Positions 19,188 to 28,767 of a stretch of 64,000 nucleotides of DNA are shown here, piece after piece (positions within the stretch are counted from its first letter, which is position 1; the number at the start of each line of letters is the position of its first letter). The notes beneath the pieces were generated by a model. The model did no database searches, was not told where the DNA came from, and was given only the letters and a program-made list of their open reading frames with translations. The translations under genes and the position numbers were made by a program. The stretch is from Minisyncoccota bacterium. GTDB lineage: Bacteria > Patescibacteriota > Minisyncoccia > Phycocordibacterales > GWA1-40-21. The DNA lies in contig JBAZRH010000001.1 in assembly GCA_041663045.1 (NCBI GenBank), positions 276,403-340,402 on the forward strand, read 5' to 3'.

Positions 19188-20894
19188 CTATTGTAAATAC
19201 TCCGGCCGATTCGCATAAATCCATTCAAAAATCTGTCGCATCGGATAAACGCCTCCGTAAGTCGTATGTACCGGACCCTTTTCCATTATTAAAGCAAAAG
19301 CATATTTTGGTTTTTCATAAGGGAAGAAACCGATAACCCAAGCATTTATAAATTGCTTCTGCGAACCAAGTTCGGCTGTTCCGGTTTTTGCACCAAGTGA
19401 AAATTCTGGGAATTGAAGTCCTGTGGCAGTTCCCCCAGCATCCACTGCCATTTTCATACCCTCACGAGCGACTTGAAAATAACCTGAATCGATAGGTATT
19501 GTCTGAGATTCCCCTCCCTCCCCACCAAATATTATGGTTGGCTCCAAAAGCTTGCCTCCGTTTGCAATGCTAGCCACAGCACGTACTGTCTGTATCGGAG
19601 AAACTTGGAAGCCATATTGCCCAATAGATGTATGATACGTATCTCCGATCCTCCAATCATCTCCATTAAAATTTACTGCTTTCCACGCTGGATCAGGAAG
19701 GGTTCCTTGAGTTCCATTGAAAAAACCGTTCGGTAATGCCGAGCCAAAACCAAACATTTGCATATATTTTTTAATATTATCTATTCCGAGGCCCTTCTGA
19801 TTTTCATAGCCTCCACCAATTTCATAGAAATATACATCGGAGGAAACAGCCAGGGCTTCCCTCATATCTACATATCCATGAGCCTTCCAGTCTTTGAAGA
19901 CGGACGGCTTCGATGGGTCATACTGATTTGGTAAAGAAATAGAGCCTGTACTTAAAATATTGTCATATTGACCTATAATTTTTTCCGCTAGAGCCGCTAC
20001 CGCCATGAATGGTTTAACAATAGATCCAGGAGTATAAAGACCGTCCACTATTCTATCTAGAAATGGATTATCTTTATCTTTTATATATCTGTTTATCTTT
20101 GTGTTATCCTTCCCATCTGTCAAAACCTGTTGATTATATTCAGGATAGCTAACGAGCGAAAGTATTTCACCAGTATTAACATCCATTATCACAGCTGCAC
20201 CACCTGTATATCCTGCGGTCAGAGCTATGTTTGAAATTATTGCATACATTGCATTGGATAAGTCAGAGTCAACAGATAACTTTATATCCTTCCCGTCTTC
20301 TGGTGGCCTTAAAACACTCTCGGATTGTGTTTTACCAAGTGCGTTTATCTCAAGAATTTTCAAACCATTTTCACCAGAAAGTTCCGTATTGTAGAATTTT
20401 TCAACACCATCTTTTCCAATAAAAGTGTCACTATAATAAAAACCGTACTTATCCTTTGACGGGTATTTCAAATATCCGACTATATGTGATAGGCCCGATA
20501 TTGTTTCATATTTTCTTAATGCAAATTCCGGATTATTTTCATCAAAGACATTCCATGCAAGTTTCTTATTGTTTTTATCCAAGATCACCCCGCGCTTTGC
20601 AAAAATAAGTGTATGCCTTAGTCTATTATTTTCACTCCTATCAAAATACTCAGGCCCCATTGAGACCTGTAGATACCAAGACCTCCAAAAAAATGACAGA
20701 AAAATAATCACAAAGACTATACCGAGAAAGAAAAACGTTCTTATAGAAATTGGTTTTTCTATTCTCCCCTCAAATTGATGAACATCAAAATTTGGCAAGT
20801 TTTCTGAGTCAATAAAAATCTCATCAGGATCAATATCTTTTGTCCTATTCTTATAAGAATCTTTTTTAAAAAGTTTTTTTATATTCCTATACAT
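19188..20894 (-). CDS. mrdA: penicillin-binding protein 2
   Basis: YTPGSIVKP, SSDVYFY, KTGTAE; downstream of mreBCD. Confidence 0.9.
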   Translation of the reverse strand: MYRNIKKLFKKDSYKNRTKDIDPDEIFIDSENLPNFDVHQFEGRIEKPISIRTFFFLGIVFVIIFLSFFWRSWYLQVSMGPEYFDRSENNRLRHTLIFAKRGVILDKNNKKLAWNVFDENNPEFALRKYETISGLSHIVGYLKYPSKDKYGFYYSDTFIGKDGVEKFYNTELSGENGLKILEINALGKTQSESVLRPPEDGKDIKLSVDSDLSNAMYAIISNIALTAGYTGGAAVIMDVNTGEILSLVSYPEYNQQVLTDGKDNTKINRYIKDKDNPFLDRIVDGLYTPGSIVKPFMAVAALAEKIIGQYDNILSTGSISLPNQYDPSKPSVFKDWKAHGYVDMREALAVSSDVYFYEIGGGYENQKGLGIDNIKKYMQMFGFGSALPNGFFNGTQGTLPDPAWKAVNFNGDDWRIGDTYHTSIGQYGFQVSPIQTVRAVASIANGGKLLEPTIIFGGEGGESQTIPIDSGYFQVAREGMKMAVDAGGTATGLQFPEFSLGAKTGTAELGSQKQFINAWVIGFFPYEKPKYAFALIMEKGPVHTTYGGVYPMRQIFEWIYANRPEYLQ

Positions 20895-20913
20895 GATCTT
20901 CTCTGACCGAACC

Positions 20914-21180
20914 CTACTCCCGAGAATAGAATTTTAACACTGTTTTTAATTTAAGAGAAATTAAAAACAAAATCAAAAATATTATCGTGAAAACGAACGG
21001 AAAATTAAAACCAAAAATATTTCCACTTCCATAAATCCTATCTATAAGATAAGCAAATATAACCCCTTCCAAAAAATCTGTAAAGAAAAATGTTAAGACA
21101 AAAAGAAAGATGGCTGTAATATATGGTGGAAATAAGAAGACAAAAATCAAAGCAAAGATATCAAGGATTACTCTTAACAT
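20914..21180 (-). CDS. small membrane protein, probable MreD-like
   Basis: very hydrophobic 88 aa between mreC and mrdA. Confidence 0.6.
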   Translation of the reverse strand: MLRVILDIFALIFVFLFPPYITAIFLFVLTFFFTDFLEGVIFAYLIDRIYGSGNIFGFNFPFVFTIIFLILFLISLKLKTVLKFYSRE

Positions 21181-21181
21181 T

Positions 21182-21994
21182 TCATTTTTTATTATTCGGA
21201 ATCAAGATTTCTACCCATTTTAGCTCTAAAACATTTATTGGGCTTTTAAACAAGACTGTCTGAAATGAGTCAGCCTCTTTATATTCCACCTTTTCAACTA
21301 TACCAAAAATATTTGGAGAAATGGAGGGGATCACCACATCGTCACCTTCTTTAATATCTATCTCCCTTGGGAGCTCAATCTTAAAATTTCCTCCCCCTAT
21401 ACCGACAGCTTCTTTTAAAACATTGTTTGAGCCAACCAAGACTAGAACTTTCTCATCTGGTGAAGAATAGAGTATTACTTTTGAAGAGTTTGCATAGACC
21501 TCTGACACTCTGCCGATAAAGATATTGCCATCTGCAGAGACTTTGTCTCCAACCACTACACCAGCATCTGTACCGATATCTACGATCAAGGTGTCATATG
21601 GTGAGAAAGATGGCTTAACTAAAATACTCGCCAAGACAGCCTTTGAATAAATACTTTTCCTACCAAGTAGGTCTTTTAGATCAGTGTTTTCTTGAATTAA
21701 GATTCTATTCAATTCTGTGTCTTTTTTACCTTTTGTCATTTCACTTTGAAGCAACTGATTTTCTGCTATGAGAGCAGATTTCGACTTCAACCTCTCAAGG
21801 CTATTTGAGAAAAAAGAATTGAGGCTTGATCCAACTTTCCAAAAAGGTTTCCCTACCCAGAAAAGAATTGCTCTGGCTGATAATGTACTAAATGTAAAAA
21901 TGACGAGGAAAAACAAGACTATGACAATAAGCCACAGTCTTTTTCTGTTCCTTGAGTTATTAAAACTATTTCTTTGGGGGTAATTCGTCCTCAT
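21182..21994 (-). CDS. mreC: rod shape-determining protein MreC
   Basis: TM, coiled coil (EN..LK.LL), IVDIG.DAGV..G; follows mreB. Confidence 0.9.
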   Translation of the reverse strand: MRTNYPQRNSFNNSRNRKRLWLIVIVLFFLVIFTFSTLSARAILFWVGKPFWKVGSSLNSFFSNSLERLKSKSALIAENQLLQSEMTKGKKDTELNRILIQENTDLKDLLGRKSIYSKAVLASILVKPSFSPYDTLIVDIGTDAGVVVGDKVSADGNIFIGRVSEVYANSSKVILYSSPDEKVLVLVGSNNVLKEAVGIGGGNFKIELPREIDIKEGDDVVIPSISPNIFGIVEKVEYKEADSFQTVLFKSPINVLELKWVEILIPNNKK

Positions 21995-23036
21995 TTTGTA
22001 TCAAAACTTCTCTATATTCATCAATGTTTTCAAGAATAATACCAGCTCCCCTTGCTACTGCTGTAAGCGGGTCGTCAGCAATCCTAACCGGTATTTTTAG
22101 ATATTCTGTTAAAAGTGTATCTAGACCCTTAATGAGTGCACCTCCTCCAAAAAGATAAATACCTCTCTGCATAATATCGGAAAGAATCTCCGGTGGGGTT
22201 GTCTCAAGCACTTCCTTTGTACCCTCTACAAGTGCTTCTATAGAAGAAGACATAGCTTCACGGACATCACCGTCTGTAATAATAACTTCTCTCGGTAGAC
22301 CAGTAATAAGGTCTCGTCCTTTTATAGAAGTCTCCATTGATTCATTTGGTACAACAGCTCCGATAGCAATTTTTACATTTTCTGCAGTTTTTTCCCCGAT
22401 CAATATTTTAAATTCACTTCTGATATAAGAGATAATGTCGTTGTTTAGCTTGTCTCCCGCTATTCGAAGATTTTTTGATCTTACAATACCAGAAAGCGAA
22501 ATTACTGCGATATCAGATGTTCCCCCGCCAATATCTATAACCATATTCCCAACTGGTGATTTTATCGGCAGACGGATTCCTATTGCTCCAGCCATTGGCT
22601 CTTCTACTATATGTACCTCGCGAGCTCCAGCGTTTCTAGTGGCGTCTTTTACCGCTCTTATTTCAACGTTTGTAACACCGGAGGGTACTCCAACTACTAC
22701 ACGTGGGCCAAGCATTTTGGGAGAGATTTCTTCAGCCTTTCTGATAAGATGAGCTATCATTTCTTCTGTAACTTCAAAATCTGAAATCACTCCGTCTACA
22801 AGCGGTCTTACAGCAACAATGTGTGCCGGTGTCCTACCGAGCATTTCTTTGGCTTGAGTACCGACAGCCACCACACGTCCCGTCTTTTGATTCATAGCTA
22901 CCACGGATGGCTCATTTATCACGATACCTTTCCCTGCAAGATACACCAAGGTATTTGCTGTACCCAAATCAATCCCAATATCATTGGAAAATCGTCTATA
23001 TAGTTTTCTTTTTGTGTCTTCAATATACTTAAACAT
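21966..23036 (-). CDS. mreB: rod shape-determining protein MreB (operon copy)
   Basis: IGIDLGTANT, EPSVVA, DIGGGTSD, GGGALI; start set at MFKY. Confidence 0.96.
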   Translation of the reverse strand: MFKYIEDTKRKLYRRFSNDIGIDLGTANTLVYLAGKGIVINEPSVVAMNQKTGRVVAVGTQAKEMLGRTPAHIVAVRPLVDGVISDFEVTEEMIAHLIRKAEEISPKMLGPRVVVGVPSGVTNVEIRAVKDATRNAGAREVHIVEEPMAGAIGIRLPIKSPVGNMVIDIGGGTSDIAVISLSGIVRSKNLRIAGDKLNNDIISYIRSEFKILIGEKTAENVKIAIGAVVPNESMETSIKGRDLITGLPREVIITDGDVREAMSSSIEALVEGTKEVLETTPPEILSDIMQRGIYLFGGGALIKGLDTLLTEYLKIPVRIADDPLTAVARGAGIILENIDEYREVLIQNEDELPPKK

Positions 23037-23117
23037 GATTGATTTTTTATGAGCAAAGCGAATTTTAAAAATCATCACCCTGTGAAATGCCGACACCGAC
23101 GGCGTATTTCACTCTGG
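23037..23117 (-). repeat. two-hairpin element abutting a start codon (copy 1)
   Basis: GTGAAAT..ATTTCACAGGGTGATGATTTTTA..AAAAATCAATCATG, shared with 53004-53090. Confidence 0.75.
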
Positions 23118-23126
23118 TATTTCGCC

Positions 23127-24383
23127 TTACTTGTAATTTTCTATAAACTTAAAAACATCTTTCTCTTTCAATATCGACACTTTTCCACTCTTTCTTTCTT
23201 TTATTTCAAATTCGCCTTTTTCAATACCTTTTTCACTTACTACTATTCTCAATGGTATTCCTATAAGATCCGAATCATTGAACTTCTCTCCGGCACGGGC
23301 ATCTCTATCATCATATAACACCTCTATACCTATTTTTGCAAGTGTCTCATAAAGTGCTTCGGCAGTTTCCTTAACTTTTTTATTTTCTGATACAAGCTCT
23401 ATAAGATGCACCTTGAATGGCGCGATAGACACCGGCCAGACGATTCCTTTGTCATCGGACATTATTTCTACGATAGTCCCCATCGTCCTACTTGGACCAA
23501 ACCCGTAACAACCCATGAAGACTGGTTTTTTATCACCTTCTTCATTCACATAGTCCAATCCCAACGGCTCAGAGAATTTAAAACCGAGTTTAAATATATT
23601 TCCTACCTCTGATGATTTTTTTTCTACCAGTTTTTTATTACCGCATTCTGGGCAAGCCTTGAGCTCATCGGACAGTTCTTTGTTTACAGCAACTTTGCAT
23701 TTATCACAACAATAAATAGTATCCTCGCCATTGGGAGTTAGGGTTTGAAATTCATGTGAATATTTACTGAATGTACCTCCTTTTGCATAAGTAAAATAAG
23801 TTATATCACCAATACCGAGTCTACTAAATATTTTCTCGTAAGCTTCTTTAACCTTACCATAAAATATTTCATGTTCTTTTTCATCGATAGAAAAAGAGTA
23901 CATGTCTTTCATTAGAAATTCTCTGCCTCGCATTATCCCGCTCTTTGCTCTTGCTTCATTCCTAAACTTCGTCTGTATTTGATATGGGTAAACTGGTAAA
24001 TCTTTGTACGATCTTATATGGTTTTTTAAAAGTGTTGTCAGAGGCTCTTCGTGTGTAGCACCAAGACCAAGCTCCGTGCCATTGTTTAATTTTGTCTTAA
24101 ACCAGATACCCATCACTTCATCGCTCCATCTGCCTGTCTTTTCCCACGAACCTTTGTCTTGCAATGCAGAAAGCAATAATTCCTGACCACCTATAGCATT
24201 TAGTTCATCTCTTATAATATTGCAAATATTGTTGAGGACTTTCAAACCAAGCGGTAGATAGTCATAAACTCCGGCCATTTCTTTATTTATAAATCCGGCA
24301 CGAATCAGGAGATTTGCATTTTTTGATACTTCGTCTTTAGGACCCTCTTTGCGGGTCTTACTTAGCAACTTTGATTGTCTCAT
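23127..24383 (-). CDS. proS: proline--tRNA ligase (short form lacking editing insertion)
   Basis: LLIRAGFI, ATHEE, KFRNEAR.KSGIMRGREFLMKD, MGCYGFG. Confidence 0.95.
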   Translation of the reverse strand: MRQSKLLSKTRKEGPKDEVSKNANLLIRAGFINKEMAGVYDYLPLGLKVLNNICNIIRDELNAIGGQELLLSALQDKGSWEKTGRWSDEVMGIWFKTKLNNGTELGLGATHEEPLTTLLKNHIRSYKDLPVYPYQIQTKFRNEARAKSGIMRGREFLMKDMYSFSIDEKEHEIFYGKVKEAYEKIFSRLGIGDITYFTYAKGGTFSKYSHEFQTLTPNGEDTIYCCDKCKVAVNKELSDELKACPECGNKKLVEKKSSEVGNIFKLGFKFSEPLGLDYVNEEGDKKPVFMGCYGFGPSRTMGTIVEIMSDDKGIVWPVSIAPFKVHLIELVSENKKVKETAEALYETLAKIGIEVLYDDRDARAGEKFNDSDLIGIPLRIVVSEKGIEKGEFEIKERKSGKVSILKEKDVFKFIENYK

Positions 24384-24475
24384 ATGGTAAATACTACATT
24401 AATTTGAGCCAAAACAAAACACTTGACTTTTGCAGTTGTGGTGATAGAATCATCCTCAGAAAAAAGGATGTATTT

Positions 24476-24574
24476 ATGAATTTCAATTTGACTCTGGCTG
24501 TCATAGTGGCGGTAGTGATCGTATTGTGGATGTTGGCAACTCACAAGGAAAAGCAACGGAGTAGAAAGAAATGA
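24476..24574 (+). CDS. 32-aa single-TM microprotein
   Basis: TTGACT..TAGAAT promoter at 24423, AAGGA SD; MNFNLTLAVIVAVVIVLWML + basic tail. Confidence 0.6.
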   Translation: MNFNLTLAVIVAVVIVLWMLATHKEKQRSRKK

Positions 24575-24720
24575 AAACGCTAGCTCCTACTATCCTGATA
24601 TTGGGTTATGTGATAGTTAGCATCCTCACCATCGTGACAGTACGATTTGGTCTCGCTTTGCGTATTGAATACGCAGTGATGAGGTTTGTCAAACGCTGGA
24701 ATAAAAAGGAGAAAAAATGA
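24571..24720 (+). CDS. 49-aa single-TM microprotein (not in ORF track)
   Basis: ATGA overlap with previous ORF; MKTLAPTILILGYVIVSILTIVTV... Confidence 0.6.
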   Translation: MKTLAPTILILGYVIVSILTIVTVRFGLALRIEYAVMRFVKRWNKKEKK

Positions 24721-24878
24721 AATGGTCAGAATTGAGCACAGCAGAACATGCCCTCATAATCACGGTCGGATTTATCATCTTGTCTGTGATTGGGTCTTGG
24801 CTTATCCGCAAAATCCCTTTCATAAAAGAACATGAGGACAAGGTCGACGGGAGGACTGAAGAAATCGATGGGTCGTGA
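24717..24878 (+). CDS. 53-aa single-TM microprotein (not in ORF track)
   Basis: ATGA overlap, AAGGAG SD; MKWSELSTAEHALIITVGFIILSVIGSWLI...; terminator 24894-24930. Confidence 0.62.
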   Translation: MKWSELSTAEHALIITVGFIILSVIGSWLIRKIPFIKEHEDKVDGRTEEIDGS

Positions 24879-24940
24879 AGAACAACTCATTAGACGGCGC
24901 GAACAAGAGTTCGCGCCGTATTTTTTTATTAAACACGTTT

Positions 24941-24998
24941 GTAAGCGACCGAAGCCCCGCCATTTTCTCACCATTGCCGAAAGCTCCCTCCACCCACT
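24941..24998 (+). repeat. fragments of subfamily C element
   Basis: GACCGAAGCCCCGCCATTTTCTCACCATTGCCGA identical to reverse complement of the end of the 42128-42319 copy, then AAAGCTCCCTCC. Confidence 0.8.
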
Positions 24999-25026
24999 TT
25001 CTCTACGATCTAGCGGACTCTGTAAG

Positions 25027-25207
25027 TTAGCGAGCGAGGATTTATAAATATCTTTGCTAGGGGTGGCGAGCCTGCCCCTTTTGAAATGCCTTGGGAGCGC
25101 GACGGCGCGAGCACGAGGAATTTTCTAGCAAGAAAATATCCGTGCATTTCAAAAGGGGCAGGTCGACAGGACCCCGTGAAAATATTTATCAAAACCCGAG
25201 CGAGTTT
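25027..25207 (+). repeat. structured intergenic element, subfamily A
   Basis: TTAGCGAGCGAG..CCTGCCCCTTTTGAAATGC/GCATTTCAAAAGGGGCAGG..CGAGCGAGTTT; abuts rseP TAA. Confidence 0.9.
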
Positions 25208-26302
25208 TTAATGAATCAACTTCAAAATATCCTTATAAGTAATAAAAATCATCAGGCCGATAAGCAGTGCAAAACCGATTCCATTGGCCCAATTGGCTAT
25301 CGCCGGTTTTATTTTCCTTCTGAAGACTGCTTCTATGAAAACGAATAAAACTCTTCCACCATCAAGCGCCGGAAATGGCACTGCATTTAATACGGCCAAG
25401 TTTATAGAAATAAGAGCAATGAATCCGAGAAGATATGACGCGCCGAGATTCCTCGCCTGTCCCACCATTCCCGCTATTCCCACAGGACCTGAAATTTGCG
25501 ATATTAAACCTTTTTCACCTGTGAAAGCCCCGGCAATAAATTTCCACATACCGACAGCGACGACTTTTATTTCAAGGATGGTAAGTTTGACCCCCTCCCA
25601 AAAAGAGCTGAAAAATCCGAGCTTAAGAGTCCCCGCAAAATCCATTGCTATACCTATAGCCTTTTTACCTTCTGTTATCCCTGCAATCGGGACGATGTTC
25701 ACACTACTCGTAGATACACCTCTTTTTATCTCTAAATTCACAGCCGCTACACTTTCCGAAATAATTTTCTGAATTTGTTCTATCTTAGGGTTTGCCAGAT
25801 TCTGCTTATCTCCAGAAATATTTATAATAAAATCCCCTTCTTTGAGACCTGCTCTTTCTGCTGGAGATCTTTCGGCGACAGAGATTATAATCACACCTGC
25901 GTCTTTTATTTTACTTGCGTAACTATCACTCACAGAAGTAAGCATTCCAAGATTGAAAGAAATTGAAATCAAAATCCAAGCAAAGACAATATTTAAAAAT
26001 ATTCCTGATAGGAGGACTACAATTTGCTTCCATTTTGAAGCATTTACAAAGCTTCTGGCAGAATCGGCACCTTTCATAGATTCTTCGTTCGGATCCTCAC
26101 CAAATATCTTTACATAACCTCCGAAGGGGATAAGGTTCAAAGCGTATTTTGTCTCACCTCTCTGCCAGCCAAAGACTTTTGGCGGAAAGCCAATGGCGAA
26201 TTCATCTACTCGAATACCAAACATCTTCGCAGAGATAAAATGCCCAAGCTCGTGGACAAAGACGAGAACCGCAAGAATTATTAAAAAAAGTAATATGGTC
26301 AT
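25208..26302 (-). CDS. rseP: RIP metalloprotease RseP (M50, PDZ)
   Basis: HELGH, IPFGGYVKI.GE, NAVPFPALDGG. Confidence 0.95.
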   Translation of the reverse strand: MTILLFLIILAVLVFVHELGHFISAKMFGIRVDEFAIGFPPKVFGWQRGETKYALNLIPFGGYVKIFGEDPNEESMKGADSARSFVNASKWKQIVVLLSGIFLNIVFAWILISISFNLGMLTSVSDSYASKIKDAGVIIISVAERSPAERAGLKEGDFIINISGDKQNLANPKIEQIQKIISESVAAVNLEIKRGVSTSSVNIVPIAGITEGKKAIGIAMDFAGTLKLGFFSSFWEGVKLTILEIKVVAVGMWKFIAGAFTGEKGLISQISGPVGIAGMVGQARNLGASYLLGFIALISINLAVLNAVPFPALDGGRVLFVFIEAVFRRKIKPAIANWANGIGFALLIGLMIFITYKDILKLIH

Positions 26303-26312
26303 GTTTTAAAAA

Positions 26313-26482
26313 GTTGAGGATTTGTAATTTGTTGTGTCCGCAGGCTCCTTTTCTGGTGCGATGTGGTGTAATTTTGCGAGAAGTAATCTTTGAGCAAAAG
26401 TATACCACATCGCAAGCCGCCGAGGATTAGGAAATTTTTCGGCTGGGAAAAATTTCTGCACAACAAATTGTAAATCCTCAAC
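26313..26482 (+). repeat. structured intergenic element, subfamily B
   Basis: 24-bp closing stem GTTGAGGATTTGTAATTTGTTGTG/CACAACAAATTGTAAATCCTCAAC around core shared with 53153, 61577, 63583. Confidence 0.92.
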
Positions 26483-26487
26483 CTTGC

Positions 26488-27039
26488 TTATGAATTAATC
26501 TCTTTCTCCTTCTTCTCCAAAATCACCTCTAGGGCTTTACTACCTTCATCGATAATCTTCTGCATCTCATTCTTAAATCTAAATTTATCATCTTCGCCCA
26601 TTCCGCCTTTCTTTTCCTTTTCCTGAATATCATTCCAAACTTCATCTCTTATCCCTCTCAGGGTCTTTCTCGCATCCTCAAGCTTAGTCTTTGCCGTCTT
26701 TATAATCATCTCCCTTCTCTCTGATGTAAGCTCCGGGAAAAATACTCTGACACCTTTGTCATCCACCGCGACAGATACTCCAAGATTTGCTGATATTATC
26801 GCCTTCTCAATCGCTTTCGCCTGTGACTTGTCCCAAGGGGAAATACGGATGACCCTCGCATCTTCAATGGAAATTCCCGCAACCTGATTGATCGCCATCT
26901 TTGTGCCGTAAGACTCCACTTGCACCCCGTCCAAAATCGCTGGGCTAGCAATCCCTGTCCTGATGCCCATATATTCTTTCTTTAGCCATTCTTCAACTCC
27001 TTTGGCTTTCTCTTTCAAAACCTTAAAATCGTAATTCAT
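26488..27039 (-). CDS. frr: ribosome recycling factor
   Basis: IRTG.ASP..LD, PELTSERR, KEKEI. Confidence 0.96.
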   Translation of the reverse strand: MNYDFKVLKEKAKGVEEWLKKEYMGIRTGIASPAILDGVQVESYGTKMAINQVAGISIEDARVIRISPWDKSQAKAIEKAIISANLGVSVAVDDKGVRVFFPELTSERREMIIKTAKTKLEDARKTLRGIRDEVWNDIQEKEKKGGMGEDDKFRFKNEMQKIIDEGSKALEVILEKKEKEINS

Positions 27040-27131
27040 ATATTTATTATGTTATTGTATTATATCAAAAAATCTACTAAATAAAAACTCGGCCAACTAA
27101 TCAGCCGGCCGAGGTTTTTTGATTCACTGAA

Positions 27132-27386
27132 CTACATGTGATCGCAGACCTTTAGGTTCTGCCACTTAACGTCGCCATCTGCACGAGCGTGCGCTTCACA
27201 CAGGACGATGACTAACATCTTCGCTGGTAGCAGACTACTTTTCTTCTGCTGAGAAATGCGCTTTTTGTGTTTCTCGAGTACACGACACATCGCCAACTCC
27301 AAATCATGAATGATCATTTTGCGATTCTTCACAATCAAGCTTCTGTGTTTTTTATATAGCTCTTGCTTATCACTCTCGCTTTTCAT
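27132..27386 (-). CDS. hypothetical protein (cassette)
   Basis: TTGACT at 27468 on minus strand, GAAGGGG SD, hairpin terminator 27085-27120. Confidence 0.65.
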   Translation of the reverse strand: MKSESDKQELYKKHRSLIVKNRKMIIHDLELAMCRVLEKHKKRISQQKKSSLLPAKMLVIVLCEAHARADGDVKWQNLKVCDHM

Positions 27387-27541
27387 GTATGTTCCCCTTC
27401 TGTTTGAGTTAGACAGATTACATTAGTTCTTCTGATTCAGATATTATAACATTTGTTATAAAAGTCAATTTGCTTCCTTGACCGGGCAAATACAATCCTA
27501 CCTTTACTGTATTTTCTTCACTAGCAACTAGAACCTAGCAC

Positions 27542-28228
27542 CTAAAAACTTGGTATGGTGAGTGCCACATACTCTATAAGCATTTTGAGAGATGGTGATT
27601 GCTCGCTAGAGTATTGTCTCACTTTTTCTAGAGATTCCAGCACTCGCACAGTATTTTTGTCTTTCAAATTTGCCTTTTTTGCAATTTCAGATTCTAAGGC
27701 ATTGAAAAATTTAACAACCTGAATTTTACTTTCTTCTTCATCAGAAATACTTTCAGCAAGCTTTTTCACTGCATCCATTCTTTCGCCCACGGACATTTTT
27801 AAAAAGCTTTTTGCATTTATTTTACTCAAAGCCGTGACACTTTCATGCTCCACTATCATAAGGCGTGACCTTAGTGTCGGAATAAGTCCGTTTGCTGAAG
27901 GAATAATTATAAAAAAGTGTGTGCCACCGACTGGCTCTTCAAAAAACTTGAGCATTGCATTTTGCGCCTTCTCCGTAATAAAATTCGCCTGCAAAACAAA
28001 AATCTTTTTATCTGAAACTGTCGGGCGATTGTAATGAAGCTCTTTTAGCGTGCGACTATCTTCCGTATCCATCGTGTCATATTCACCATACCAAAAATCA
28101 GGATTGCTATGTATTGAAAATTTAAGTTCCTTTTCAAAAAACTTCTCCAATTCCAAAATCACCTGCTCCGCCTCGCCGACAATGCAATATGCGTGATGTA
28201 AATTTTTGCCTTGGGTGAAAAGATTCAT
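27542..28228 (-). CDS. holB: DNA polymerase III delta' subunit-like
   Basis: LHHAY, NPDF, AQNAMLKFFEEP, LIPTLRSR. Confidence 0.85.
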   Translation of the reverse strand: MNLFTQGKNLHHAYCIVGEAEQVILELEKFFEKELKFSIHSNPDFWYGEYDTMDTEDSRTLKELHYNRPTVSDKKIFVLQANFITEKAQNAMLKFFEEPVGGTHFFIIIPSANGLIPTLRSRLMIVEHESVTALSKINAKSFLKMSVGERMDAVKKLAESISDEEESKIQVVKFFNALESEIAKKANLKDKNTVRVLESLEKVRQYSSEQSPSLKMLIEYVALTIPSF

Positions 28229-28321
28229 AGATACATCATAATATAAAAATTAGGTAAAAGAAAACCGCCTCTGCAAGCGCTTAGTTTTCTTTCCGCTTGC
28301 GGACGGTTTCACCAGTTGTCA

Positions 28322-28576
28322 TTACACCAATGGTGGTAGTTGTTTTTTTCTACAATCAAACGCGGCCCATAATGCAACGTAGCCAAAAATCACCATGACT
28401 GTCATGGTCGCACATCCATGAATTTTCTTCATGGCCGCGATCTTATAACCAAAAATCAAATATGCTGTAATGCCGGCCAAAACGTACGAAACAATGAAGG
28501 CAAACAGAGGGCTCAAAACAACCCAAACCAAGACGGCCATTATCATACAGAGCCAGGCCATAATATTTTCTTTCAT
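28322..28576 (-). CDS. hypothetical membrane protein (cassette)
   Basis: TTGACT-17-TATCAT near 28705, AAGGAG SD, hairpin 28261-28310. Confidence 0.7.
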   Translation of the reverse strand: MKENIMAWLCMIMAVLVWVVLSPLFAFIVSYVLAGITAYLIFGYKIAAMKKIHGCATMTVMVIFGYVALWAAFDCRKKQLPPLV

Positions 28577-28767
28577 ATTTCTCTCCTTCTTACCAACATT
28601 CGCTTAATTGGCTTTTTAGGCCAAAGTTGTGAGTTAAGCGATAAACTCAAAGTCAAAATCAAAGAACTACTCTAGTATGATAGCATACTTGAGTATAAAA
28701 GTCAAGCATTTGGGTGATTTTGTTAGCTAAACAGCCGAAAGACGGCTTTAGAAAGCCATTTTTCGGC

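Noticed and set aside
26202-26481. ORFs sharing peptides such as NFLILGGLRCGILLL / KITPHRT (also 53145-53417, 53180-53398, 61547-61786, 63704-63969)
   Set aside because: Translations of the non-coding subfamily B repeat; starts, stops and frames differ between copies.
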